From: Octopus bimaculoides
Lineage: Eukaryota
Assembly (NCBI RefSeq): GCF_001194135.2
Contig: NC_068999.1
Coordinates: forward strand, 32,657,003-32,721,002
Reading direction: 5' to 3'
Length of the DNA stretch: 64,000 nucleotides
Under the pieces are notes generated by a model. That model was not told the origin of the DNA, did not search any database, and saw nothing but the letters and a program-made list of their open reading frames with translations. The position numbers and the translations under genes are program-made. Every line of letters starts with the position of its first letter. Within the stretch, counting starts at the first letter, position 1. Shown one piece after another: positions 13,270 through 26,156 of the stretch.

Positions 13270-13406
13270 CAAGCTTGCTTCCCAACCACATGGCTCCAGG
13301 TTCAGACCCTCTGCGTAGCACCTTGGAGCAAGTGTCTTCTACTATAGCTTCAGATCGACCAAAGCCTTGTGAGTAGATTTCATGGACAGAAACTGAAAGA
13401 AGCCTG

Positions 13407-13455
<49 letters not shown>

Positions 13456-13674
13456 TGTCTTTGTGTTTGTGTTTGTCTCCCACCACTGCTTGGCAACTGG
13501 TGTTGGTATTTATGTCCCCGTAACTTAACAGTTCAACAAAAGAGACCAATAGGATAAGTACCAGGCTTAACAAAAACATAAGTCCTGAGGTCAATTCATT
13601 CAACTAAAAATTCCTCAAGGCAGTGCCCCAGCATGGTCGTAGTCTAATGACTGAAATAAGTAATAGGCGAAAGA
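13270..13674 (+). mobile_element. SINE family A with internal (TG)n
   Basis: Head aagcttgcttcccaaccacatgg...ggttcag, (TG)n at ~13408-13460, tail gactgaaataagtaa. Confidence 0.9.
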
Positions 13675-13780
13675 TATAGTATATATGTTATATTTTTGTT
13701 AACATTAGTCCTGCCAATATTCATGACTTGTTTAAATTGTAAGCACGTTGGACAAATATTTTACAGTATTTTCTCATATC

Positions 13781-14752
13781 TCTTTAAGTTTAGTTCAAAT
13801 CTTGCCATTCTTCGTGGGTTAGTAAACACTATCTATGTACTGGTTAGCTATCTCCTGGTCTTTTCATAGGCTATAATCCAAAGAAAAGACCAAGATGATA
13901 ATGATGATGGTGGTGATGATGAAGAAACAAGTAAAAATATAAAAGATACAGTAAAAGAGAATCTCTCTGTGACAAATGCTTTGTACAAATGTTAGAAATC
14001 ATCATTATTATTATTATTACCATCATCATCATCATTAAGGCAGTGAGCTGGCAGAATCGTTAGCACGCCAGGTAAAATTCTTAGTGGCACTTCATTCGTC
14101 TTTACATTCTGAGTTCAAATTCTGCTGAGATCAACTTTACCTTTCATCCTTTTAGAGACTATTTCAAAATTTCAATGGACATTAAGATTGGAAGTCATTT
14201 TATTGGCTAAAGTAAGGAATGGTAAAGAAAGAGAGAGGAAGCTCAATTCTAGCAGCACAGGATCAAGCAATCAGAACAAGGTAAATGGGGAAGAACATAG
14301 ATAAGGAAGTCATCTTGCCTGGAGGAAGAATGTGTGGTGAAAGAGAAAACTCAGTTACAAATAGTCTCTAAAAGGATGAAAAGTTAAGTCGATCTCAGCA
14401 GAATTTGGACTCAGAATGTAAAGATGGATGAAGTGCCACTAAGAATTTTACCTGACTTGCTAATGATTCTGCCAGCTCAATGCCTTAATGATGATGATGC
14501 TAATAATAAATATAATAATGATTTCTGACAGTGGTACAAAGCATTTGTCACAGAGAGATTCTCTTTTACTGTATCTTTTATGTTTTTACTTGTTTCTTCA
14601 TCACCATCATTGTCATCTTGGTCTTTTTTGGCGGGGATTATAGCCTATGAAAAGACCGGGAGATAGTTAAACAGTACATGGCTAGTATTTACTAACCCAT
14701 GAAGAATGAAAGATGAAGTCAATTATGGCAAGATTTGAACTAAACTTAAAGA
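13781..14752. repeat. Long inverted repeat: arms 13781-14164 and 14359-14752, 194-bp spacer
   Basis: The arms are reverse complements: outer 28 bp identical, a 48-bp perfect block (13939-13986 vs 14534-14581), roughly 90% identity overall by eye. Each arm contains a SINE-B head. Confidence 0.95.
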
Positions 14753-14868
14753 CAAAGCTATCCAAATCCTTTGAATCTTGCCATATAGCTGTAGATCATC
14801 CATGATTAGACAATGGTTAGCTCTCGCCTGGTTTGTTCATAGGCTATAATCCTAGGAAAAGACCAGGA

Positions 14869-14900
<32 letters not shown>

Positions 14901-16654
14901 GGAAATGAGGTGCTTGAGTGATTTAGTTGTTGGGCTACATACTCATAAATCAGGATTTCATATCCACTCTAACAATATCATTATATTTCTCAATATGAGA
15001 CTTTATTATATTTTTCCCAGACATGCTGTATGTTCATCATGCTGTCTATTTTTCACGACAGTAGAGTGATTTGAAATTTCACTGCATTTTCTAGCTGCCT
15101 CCATAACCATGTAGAAGTTGTCACAATAACATTTTACAGCCACAGTTACTATTGTGTTAGAGTTATTGTTGTGTTGCATTTATCCTCTGTGTCACATCTA
15201 CATTTTAATATCCTTTCCACAGATACGACTGCCGTTACAGCTAGCTATAACTCTACCAGTTTCAATTGTCATAGTTACTGCTGTCAGTTACACTTAGTGT
15301 TACATCACTGTGACAGTTGTATCTTAACGTCACTTAAGACAATCTTCTTCCTTGATTTATATTTTTCTTTCAGTTCGTCAGATTATTTATCTTTTTCATC
15401 TCATCATTTCTGACACCTCACAAGATTCTTTGTTCTGGCTGCTCTCCAAATCCAGCTTTTAAATTACTTTATAAAACAATTTCCTCTTCCAATATACATT
15501 CTTCCCTTTTGTTGATGAAGTAAACCATTTCTGTGGCTTTCATCGTATTATTAAAATCCTTTTTAAATATTGTTTGTTTCGCTACAGCTCTTGTCCCATT
15601 CCATCATCCTTGATCTTCGATATTTGGTGAAATGTTGCTAAGAAAATATGATAAATCCTTAAATTGATTATTTTTTTTAATGTTCTCTGGTTAAACTTTG
15701 AGAAAATCATTACAACTACCCATCTTTTATTGACAACACCACTCAAAAACTTACACAATTTCACTTCCATAGCTGAATTGAGTGCTTATTGATAAAAACT
15801 CATGTTCAAAGCAGATATGATGATTAACCAGCATTCTAAGTAAACATCAGCACCAATTTAGGAATAAAAGAAAACCGTTCTGTGTTTGTTTCTTTATTTA
15901 TACATTTTTTTTTTTTTCACTTTTGAAATTGTNNNNNNNNNNAAAATTTCTATAAAAAGAAACAATTTTGAAATTTTCTTTTTTTTATATGTATTTTTCC
16001 CCCACTATGTGTAAAATATAAAATGGAAAACAAATCAAAGATTATTCTAAGAAATGCCAATCCTTTTTAATTGTTTTCCTGATGAAGATTATTATTTTTT
16101 TTCTATGTGTTCAATTTAGGGTTAAGAATTATTTGTTTTATATCTTTTAAATAAAAGAATTTATCGACCTTCTAATGTTTTTGCTATATTTCTGGAGATA
16201 CCACATTCCTTGTCATCTTAAATATTTTACATTCTACTTTTCTGAGATGTTCTACATTCCTACATTATTAGATATCCAAATACCTATATTCTTAAAATAC
16301 TCTCAGTTGCATTCAAACACACATACACATGTCTGTATCTGTGTGTGTGTGTGTGTCACTTGTAACAAGCAGTATTAGATTAAAATAGCTTTTTATGTAT
16401 CATACTTAATATAAATACATTGTTGAAAGGCAAATTTAGTGCCGTATTTGTCCAGAAATTACATGTCTTAAGGACATGCTATGTTTAAAAACACAGTATA
16501 TATCAGAGGGAGACAAAAATGATCCTAGCATTGGCCAGTGAGAACACCAGAAGCAATTCTGTTTTGTGCTGAGATGAAATTTATCATCACCACCAATATA
16601 CATCAGCAAACCTTATAGCTATCTGTTGCTTGTGCTGGTATGGACACATCCTTT

Positions 16655-16920
16655 GTCTCCCACTAGATCATCCTACCAGGGCTTTACTCTCATTCGACGC
16701 AGCAGCTGCAGGTTGGAAGAGGCTTAAGGCAGGTGCTGCACAAGATGGCTGGACATGATTGGGGAAGATCTCCAATGGCTCGACATCACCTTGGAGGATG
16801 CAAAGGGGCTGACACGGGACCTCCAGTGATAGAGAGCACTGGTGGCCCTGCATGATGATGTCTCAGGACCACTTACGTAGGATGACTCCAGCCTCATCAA
16901 GCAAGAGCATGAAGCAAGCA
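16655..16920 (+). mobile_element. RTE-clade LINE 3' end fragment
   Basis: Frameshifted peptide DHPTRALLSF...GWKR/RCCTRWLDMIGEDLQWLDITLEDAKGLTRD..*RALV resembles the RTE C-terminus (GWKRPRGRP..RW.D....DL...A..LA.DR..WR). Confidence 0.7.
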
Positions 16921-17024
16921 GTGTTACTGGCTGTGAATACACACTTTTGACAATGGCTAAAATTCAGAAATGTAACAACACTACTAAAAGTGATGGTGTT
17001 GGTGATGATCATCACAATAATTAT

Positions 17025-17235
17025 TCATGATTTAAGTACAAGGTCAGTAAATTCTGAGGGATGGCAGTTGGTCCATTGACCCCTGTGCTTGACTAGTTAC
17101 TATATCGTATTCACCTTCGAGAAGATGAAAAGCAAAGTTGACCTTGGTTGGGTTTGACCTCCGTACATAAAGGGCTGGAGCAAATATGCCAAGGCATTTT
17201 TTTTTTTTATGCTCTTAACTATTCTGCAATTCCAT
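17025..17235 (-). mobile_element. Diverged SINE family B
   Basis: gtacaaggtcagtaaatt...gaagatgaaaagcaaagttgaccttgg...taactattctgc. Confidence 0.65.
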
Positions 17236-17848
17236 TGCCAATACTATGAATGATTTCTTACATTAATAATCATAATGACAGCAGTGATGGCTCACAATCT
17301 CTCAGCCTTTCTCTTTCTTTCCCTCCTCCTCCTCTTTTGTTTTCTCTTTCTTTCTTGTCATGGCTCAATCTTCTCACACACACACACACACAGCTACATA
17401 TAAATTTCCAATTGACTAAGAACACTCATTATATATAGACGATGTTGTGTGGTGGTGTTGGTGGTGTGGGGATAGTCATATGATGCTGGTGTATAGTCGT
17501 GGCTGTGGTCATGATGTAATAGAAAGAAAGAGAGAGAGTATGTGATGTAATAATGGTGGTGGTGGTGGTAGTGTAGGAGGCTATCAGTGACAACAGATCA
17601 TTAAATGTTGTGGTTATTGAGTTTTATTATATCAATAAATCATACTTAACTGTCCATTCTACTCCTACACCCTCGACTTTTTACCGTTCTCTTCTCTCTC
17701 TTTCCCCTTCTTTCTCTCTCTCTCCCTTCTCATGCACACACACCCATACCTTGGTCTCTCATTCAAGTAACCCATTTCACAGTCTCCTCAGTCACCATCA
17801 CACATTTACCTCTATCACTCTCTTTTATAATGAGGTGTGTATGTATGG

Positions 17849-17899
<51 letters not shown>

Positions 17900-17904
17900 C
17901 ATGC

Positions 17905-17938
<34 letters not shown>

Positions 17939-19359
17939 TGTTGAAATATTTGCTGTTACATCTAGATGGCAATGTCCCTATCACTAACTACTGAACCATG
18001 AGTGAGCTCACACACACGTGTGCGCACATACTCACACACACACACACATACACACACACACACACACACAGATATTGAAACAGCTGTTTTTATAGCAGAG
18101 ATGTTATCTCTCACCACTCAATTGTAAAGTAGGATTGAGGCTTTGTATTCCCTTAACTGGACAGAGCAGAGTTATGTACCTTGTTGAAGGGAGTTACTCC
18201 TACACTGGCTGTAATAAGATCTGAACTGATGACCACAGCATCAAGAAGTTCAGTAAATTAACCTTACAGCTACTGTGCCTATCTTAAAATTTCTCTGCAG
18301 ATAAAAATGACCATCTTGCTATTACCCTTTTCCTACCCTTTCATTAAATGAAGGGATGTTATGAAATGAGGTGATGAAGGATGAAGTTTGTTGCTGAGGA
18401 ATACAACATTTGACATATCAGAAATGGCAGTTACATTTTGCATAAATTGCACTTGACCATCTTAAACATAGTCTTTGGTGTGTATATATATATATACATA
18501 AAAGAGATGTGACTATTTGGAACATCTTTGGCCATAGCGTTGTCCTGTGCCTAAACAACAATATTACCACTACCACTAACAACAACAGCAATACACTTCT
18601 GATGGTTTTGAATGGTCAGCGTATAAATAAACAACTCACTACTTTGCCTATTTAGTCATTTTATTTTGCCGTACTCTCCTCATCAGTTTTCTTTTTATTC
18701 TTTTATTTGTTTTGGTCACTACTGAGGCCATGTTGTAGCACTTTAAAAGAGATAAAAGCAAAAAAGACCCATTTCTAAATTAGTTATTTAATTTATACTT
18801 AATTGGTTATTTCCACTCTTTTTTCTCTTTTCCACATTTCCATTAATGGAAACATGTAAGCGCTATTTCATTTATCAATCTTTCTTCTTTTTCAGTTCCC
18901 TTTACTTCCTCCCGCTTCAGATGTTATAGCTTTAGTTTAACTAATTTGACCATCGTTAGGCACTACATAATTCCAGACCTTTTTGTTACCTGTTCGTTAA
19001 CGTACCTGTCTTACATGAAACTTCCCTTTAATTAATAGCGCCTCAATTGTTTTTTTCTCTCTCTTCTCTGTACTCCCCACCCTTGCTGGTAACATCTTCC
19101 AGCTCAACAACAATGTTCCAGCTAAATTAACAACAACCCTGTTAACTCCCTATTCATTATACACAAATGATATTGTATAGTTTTGTGCACCATATATGTC
19201 AGTAAGTGTATGTATGTATGTGTATCGGTGTGTATGTATGTATGTATGTTCCTCTGCATTTGTGATTGTGCTGTCATTACTATCATCATTAGTATCATCC
19301 AATATGCTTTTTGGTTTGTTTTTCTTTGATGGCATTAATTGGAACAATTTTCAAAATCA

Positions 19360-19397
<38 letters not shown>

Positions 19398-20274
19398 GTC
19401 TGTCTCTCATTCTCTCAATGTCTGTTAGTTTTAATATAGCAAACAGATAGTCTTCACTGACCAAGCTCTGCTCTAGCTACCATTCACTACCATTACTGGT
19501 CCATACTGCCATCGCCTACTGCTACACTAGTTACCATCACATGTCCATAACACAATCACCTACCTCTCTTCACTTCCTTTCACTAACATCACATGACCAT
19601 ACCATTGAAATTTGTGGGTGGTGCAGTTGGTGGTACTGCTGCATTGTCTTGAAGTTGACGTGTGTGTGTATTAAGTGCATATCTGTATGTCTTATATATG
19701 TTTGTGTTTATATATTCTGAAACTATCAATCAACTCTGTGATATTGCCACATCTAAAAACACTACAGACCTACTCAAATCTTTGATGCAATATGTTGCAG
19801 ATATACATCTGCACATTTACCATATAATTACATCTAATTAGTGTGCAGTAGATTATGTGCAACATGGCTACACTGTATTGTGATTGGCTCTGCTGCATGA
19901 TGAAGGTAGCAGAGTAAAAAGACTCAATGTGCAGATACACAGTTGCAACAAACGTTGCTGTTATATTCTCCATTCAACAATTCCATCCATCTTTGATTAA
20001 TCTCATAGTTTTCTAATCACATTTTCTCAAGTCAAAAAATTCTATCAACTTTCATTATCTTTATTGTCTACATTGCTTTGTTGTTGCTGGTAGTGGTGCT
20101 GCTGTTGTTCTTTCTGTTTTTGTCTGTGTTGATTATTTTGGTGGTAATGGTGTTGTTGGTCATATTATTGCTGTTGGTGATGGTGGCAGTGGTGGTGTTG
20201 TTGGTGATGATGATTGTGTTATTGTTTAAGGTATTGTTGCTATTAGTAATGGTGTTATTAGTATTGTTAATTCC

Positions 20275-20595
20275 TGATCATCATCATCATTTAGTGTCAG
20301 TTTTCCATGCTGGCATGGGTCAGGCATGGGTCAGATGGTTTGACTGGAACTGGTAAACCAGGGAGCTGCACCAGGTTCCAGTCTGTTTTTACTTGGTTCC
20401 TATGGCTGGATGCAGCCACTCCATAAAGTATACTGGGTGCCGTAAGCATGTCATCTGCATGGGTGCCTGTAATGTGTCACCAACACAGGTGCCTTTTACG
20501 TGTCACCAGCACAAGTGCCTCTAACGTGTCACCAGCATGGGTGCCTCTAACATGTCAGTGGCATGAGTGCCTTTTACGTGTCACTGGCATGTCAT
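20275..20595 (-). mobile_element. RTE-tail-derived element with internal 26-bp tandem array
   Basis: Begins catcatcatttagtgtcagttttccatgctggcatggg, the same tail as 24388. Six 26-bp units have gtgcc at 20437, 20463, 20489, 20515, 20541 and 20567. Confidence 0.85.
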
Positions 20596-21419
20596 ATCTA
20601 AGTAGATCTATTACTGTTGTTGGCATTATTACATGCAGTAGTGTGGCGGTGTTGGTGGTGTTATTAATTTCAGTGTTGGTGCCAGAGTTAGTGGTGCTGT
20701 TGTTGTTGTTGTTTTTGATGCTGTGCTAGACATCTGAATTCATTAAAAATGATATAAACCTGTCAGATGACCAATCTGTCAAACACATTTAAGCAGATCA
20801 AAGCACTCTGAGTTTCGGTCAGTGTCACTTCTTGCATCTAACGAAATCAGATTATCTGAAGAATAAAAGAAAATCTCAAACTAAACAACAAAGATGATAA
20901 TGTCCTCTTAAGACTCCCTCCCTCCCTCTCCTCCTCCTCCTCCTCCTCCTCCTCCTCCTCCTCTATAAAACTTCACCAGAGTATTTTAGTAATTTGAGAC
21001 TCAGTGAAAATAAGATGAGGAAAATAGTCTTGCTGGAAAAATCTTGGATTCTTCTGTGTANNNNNNNNNNNNNNNNNNNNNNNNNNNNNNNNNNNNNNNN
21101 NNNNNNNNNNNNNNNNNNNNNNNNNNNNNNNNNNNNNNNNNNNNNNNNNNNNNNNNNNNNNNNNNNNNNNNNNNNNNNNNNNNNNTTGTTAAATTGTGTG
21201 TGTTTGGGGTGGAGGTGAGTCTGTGTTCTTTTTATCATATAGAATTGTGGTAAAAATGGTGAAACAACAAACATCTTTAGGAATAATCAAGGTCTTTGTT
21301 CTGCCAATGCTCCATTTCAGCTTTTTGTTCATTTCTTCTGAGACACATTCAAAGACATTTTTTGCTGTTTATGTCATTTCCTTACTGTTTATCAACACAC
21401 ACCACACACACATAGACAC

Positions 21420-21462
<43 letters not shown>

Positions 21463-21788
21463 GTGCTCACACACACACACACACACACACAATTTATTGT
21501 AAATATAGATTTTGATTTTTCTTCTCATAATTTCCCTCTTTCCATGTTTTTGCATGTTCTTTCCCCCCACCTTCTCCACCCACTTCTCCAATGAAACGTC
21601 ATTCTGATCTTCTCACCTCACTGATACAACATGATTTCTACTGATGGATGCCTTTTCTCTGCTGGAAATCAATATAGTTCCATGTAATTTTACTATTTGG
21701 ACAGTTATACTCACACACACTTAGATATCTAAGCCAAACACTTTCTTCAAACCATGTCTCTCTCTTTCACATGTCTTAGTCTTTCTGT

Positions 21789-21832
<44 letters not shown>

Positions 21833-21850
21833 TCTTNNNNNNNNNNNNNN

Positions 21851-21900
<50 letters not shown>

Positions 21901-22717
21901 TGCACACACACACACTTCTCTTTCTTCTCCATCTCTGTACTCATACCATCTTCTCTGTTTGTCCTCTCTTTGTCTTCTATATCATCTGGTTATTTGGTCT
22001 GTTGATCACAACCTCATCAATATTGCCCATGGAATCTAACTTCTATAGATATTCTTATGATATATTGTAAGTTCATGGTCAATATAAAGCTTTGGGCCAT
22101 AGTGTGGCTGTAAGGCTCAGTTTACTGCACTTATAATGTATTTGTAAGGCCCAGCTTTTTTGTTTTTTCTTATACCTTCCTATGACTCTTAGCTAGTTTG
22201 AGGTAAACATAATGTGTCTGTTGCAGACAGAAATGAAAATCTGTTGATACAACTTTCATAGTTTCAGTTTTATTGCAGAGATGAAATATCGAACCTGTGA
22301 ATATTTCCAGTTTTGGAAGGTTTTGAATGTCCACTGTTTTATATTCAAATAAATGAAAGATGTATGTCCCCTAGATAGTCAGCAGGTGTATTCCAGCTAA
22401 CATTCCCACTTGGTTTGGTACCTGTACATGATACATCTAAGTGAATTGGTACATTATAGAGTAATACTGGGTTTTTTTACTGTCCACAGAAATGCAAAAA
22501 GCAAAGATAAAAACCAGTAAAACACTCCAAAACTCCTAATTTGTTATTCTGTTGACCATCTCGTTGTGCAGTCCTCAATTTATCTGTATCAGTAGGTTAC
22601 ATCCCTCTGGATGTCTGACCATACATACTGATAAAATTGTTTTAAAATTACTGTCATCAAAATCTTTGGATTTTTTGTACCACATTCTTAGCAATATTGT
22701 CAGATAATTCCTGTTAC

Positions 22718-22767
22718 CTCCACTTTTACTGGCTTTTCATTTTTCTCCTCAGTTTCATTAAATGTTG
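22718..22767 (-). CDS. Candidate 50-nt exon (xTFNETEEKNEKPVKVE)
   Basis: Strong acceptor (ttcacttcttttcag|), donor GAG|gtaaca, only one open frame, ends in phase 0. Confidence 0.3.
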
Positions 22768-22967
22768 CTGAAAAGAAGTGAATCAAGGTGTTGTGTCATT
22801 GTTTGAAAGAGTTGTGTCAGTGTTGATCCAAAGTGTTATTTCATTGTAAATCAAGACATTTTGTCACTGTGGATGGCTATGTTTCCTCATTACAAGATCT
22901 TGGCACAAGATCCAACACAGTAACAGTGAAGAACATGTCTAAAAAAGACTCTTGAAACTGATTTCAT

Positions 22968-23042
22968 ATCTATGTGCATAAGCACCTATCTTTATATATA
23001 AACATCTATGTGCATAAGCACCTATCTTTATATATAAACATC
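22968..23042. repeat. Perfect 36-bp tandem duplication
   Basis: atctatgtgcataagcacctatctttatatataaac x2 plus atc. Confidence 0.95.
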
Positions 23043-23939
23043 GAGTTACCCTATTTTTAAAGCATTGCTTGGCTTTTGTAATTGTTGGTGTCTTCATATG
23101 TTGACTTACGGGCTGAAAGTTCAATGATTCTTATCACTGATACTACACCTACTTCTGGTATATAATACAAAAACACTTAACTAATGAACTGTGGCTCATT
23201 CAGTCCATGGTAAACAGGTATTATAATGATGTACAGATCACTGTAGTACACAGTCCACCTAGCTGAAATAGATATCATGGGGAAGTGTGATTTACTGCTG
23301 TATTCAGTTATCCTATTTGTACACAAGTCCCATAACATACACAGCTCACTGCTGTACTCAATCCACATAGCTATACGTAAATCCCATAGTGTTGCACACA
23401 GTCCTTCTAACTGCAAAGAAGTACCATGAGGGGATACAGGCCTCTCATGTGAAGAACAGGGACACTTTGTGATTGGCCAGTGATTCATTAGCTTTTTGTA
23501 TTGGGGTCACATTCTCTCAAAGGTAAAGCCTTTGAAGCATCTCTCACCTGCTTTAAATTTTAGAACATTGCAACACTTTTCTGCAAAATAAATAAATAAA
23601 ACATGCAAATAGGTAAAAAAAATTTGAAGGGTCCATCAGCTCACTGGAAAATAGAGGCTTAAATGGTCAAGAAAAGCTAAATATACCATGAAAGGATTAG
23701 CTTTCACTGTAACTATTTAGCTATTGATAGTGTCCATGACTCATGTTGTACAGTAACTGTTATTGGAAATTGCATCTCCAATTAACAAGACTTGGTTTCA
23801 AGGAATCTATTTTCAGAATCATTTCCAGTAACAGAAACCTTTTATACCTATTGGAAATACCTTACTGATTCACTGGAATGGATTGCATTTTTTTTTGTTA
23901 CCCTTTTTTTTTTATTCATGGAAAGCATGTTATTTATTT

Positions 23940-24390
23940 CATATATATATATGTGTGTGTGTGTGTGTGTATGTATAGATATGTATATATGTGTGTGTAC
24001 ATATATGTAGGTATGTATATATGTGTGTATATATATATGTATATATGTGTGTATATATATGTATATATTTATATGTATATATGTATTTATGTATGTGTGT
24101 GTATATATGCGTGTGTGTGTGTATAAACATATATATAATAATATATAGGTATGTGTGTGTATATATATGTATATATGTGTTTAGGTATGTATATAGGGGT
24201 GTGTGTGTGTGTGTATATATATATGTATATATGTTTGTAGGTATGTATATAGGTGTGTGTGTATATATATGTGTTTGTAGGTATGTATATATGTGTGTGT
24301 GTGTGTAGGTATGTATATCTGTATGTATATGTGTGTAGGTATGTATATATGCGTGTGTGTATGTATATATATATATGTATATGTGTGTAT
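23940..24390. repeat. Compound (TA/TG/TAGG) microsatellite
   Basis: Seen directly. Confidence 0.95.
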
Positions 24391-25474
24391 CATCATTTAA
24401 CATCCGTTTTCCATGCTGGCATAGGTTGGCCAGTTTGACTAGGGACTGGCAAGCTACGAAGCCGCACCAGGCTCCAATCTGATCTGGCTGTGTTTCTACA
24501 GCTGGATGCCCTTCCTAACGCCAACCACTCCAATAGTGTAGTGGGTGCTCTTTACATGTCACTGGCACAAGGGCCATTCAGGCGTCATTAGCATTTGCCA
24601 CATTCGGATAGTGCCTTTTATGTGCTATCGGCACAGGAGCCAGTCGGGGCAGGGAGCTAGCTTCGACCATGTTCGGATGGTACATTTTATGTGCCACTGG
24701 CACAGGGAGTAAGTCAGACAGCACTGGCAATGACCCATGCATGCATGGTGCTTATTGCGTGCCACCAGCACGGGAGCCAGTCAGGTGGCACTGGCATCAT
24801 TCACAACTACAATTCCATTTGACTGTGATTTGATTTGATTTTGATTGACTCAGTAGGTCTCCTCAAGCATGGAATGTCACCCGATGATTCAAAGGTACTT
24901 TTTAAATGGGCTGGTTATGCGATGTTGGTGTAGGCTATGGTTGTGATCTCACTTTATTTGCTGGGTCTTCTCAATCACAGCATATCTCCAGAGGTCTCGG
25001 TCTTTCATCATTGCCTCTGTGAGACCCAACGTTCGAAGGTCATGCTTCACCACCTCATCCCATGTCTTCCTGGGTCTCCCTCTACCACGGGTTCCTTCTA
25101 CTGTTAGGGAGTGACACTTCTTCACACAGCTCTCCTCATCCATACGCAGCACATGACCATACCAACACAGTTGTCTCTCTTGCACACCACATCCGATGCT
25201 TCTTATGTCCAACGTTTCTCTCAGGGCATTTACACTCTGTCATGTGTGCACACTGACATTACAACATCCAACGGATCATACTAGCTTCATCTCTTTCAAG
25301 CCTACACATGTGTTCAGCAGTCATGGCCCATGTTTCACTGCCATGTAGCATGACAGTTCATACACATGCATCATGCAGTTTTTCACTTTGATCGAGAGGC
25401 CCATTGTCACCAGTACAGGTAGGAGCTTTATGAACTTTGCCCAGGCTATCCTTATTCTACAGACTTGGTCACCT
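24388..25474 (-). mobile_element. 5'-truncated RTE LINE: ORF C-terminus, 3' UTR and (GAT)n tail
   Basis: Peptide RIRIAWAKF..LLP.L...GLS...DACV..VMLHGSETW...RLER.EASMIRWM...LCWYGHVLRMDEESCVKKC...EGTRGRGRPRKTWDEVVKHDLRTLGLTEAM.KDRDLWR is a classic RTE C-terminus. It carries stops and frameshifts. Confidence 0.95.
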
Positions 25475-25489
25475 AGGTAGCAGAAGCTA

Positions 25490-25691
25490 TGTAGGTGTGT
25501 GTGTGTGTGTAGGTATGTGTGTGTATATATATATGTAGGTATGTGTGTGTGTATATATATGTAGGTATGTGTGTGTGTATATATATGTAGGTATGTGTGT
25601 GTGTATATATGTAGGTATGTATGTGTGTATATCTATATGTAGGTATGTATATATGTGTGTGTGTGTGTATATATATATATATGTATGTACA

Positions 25692-25735
<44 letters not shown>

Positions 25736-25945
25736 GGTATGTGTAAATATATATGTAGGTATACGTGTGTAAATATATATGTAGGTGTGCGTCTATATAT
25801 ATATATATGTAGGGGTGTCTATATATGTGCGTATATATGTGTGTGTGTATGTATTCTTTTGTTTCAGTCACTTGACTGTGGTCATGTGTGTGGGTAGGGG
25901 GATGTGTATATTTGTGTGGAGGGTGTGTGTATGTATGTATGTACG

Positions 25946-25979
<34 letters not shown>

Positions 25980-25980
25980 T
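25490..25980. repeat. Compound (TA/TG/TAGG) microsatellite
   Basis: Seen directly. It flanks the RTE 5' truncation. Confidence 0.95.
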
Positions 25981-26156
25981 ATATCCCTTTTCAGCTAAAT
26001 TTTCGATATTGGTGAAAGTCTTGAAATATCTAAATTGATTCATACCATTCTCTGTTATTGTGTTTGCAAGAACAATTAACTACAATAAGTTTAGATTTTT
26101 GTATTGCTATATTTGTTGTTTTTTTCTTTTTTCTTTTTTCTTTTACTCCGTCTTAC

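Noticed and set aside
13270-13345. tRNA-like sequences (also 55577-55650 and SINE-B heads)
   Set aside because: They are SINE heads continuing into SINE bodies, with no complete cloverleaf.
15480-15640. Minus-strand acceptor followed by QHFTKYRRSRMMEWDKSC, and a PQKWF segment resembling Sulf QKW
   Set aside because: There is no usable donor before the stop, and the PQKWF frame has an in-frame TGA immediately upstream with no acceptor.
20078-20356. Hydrophobic 92-aa ORF resembling a membrane protein
   Set aside because: It is a degenerate (TGT/TGG/GAT) trinucleotide tract running into an RTE tail.
20434-20592. Possible CRISPR-like array
   Set aside because: The units are contiguous with no unique spacers, lie inside a retroelement tail in a eukaryote, and have no cas genes nearby.
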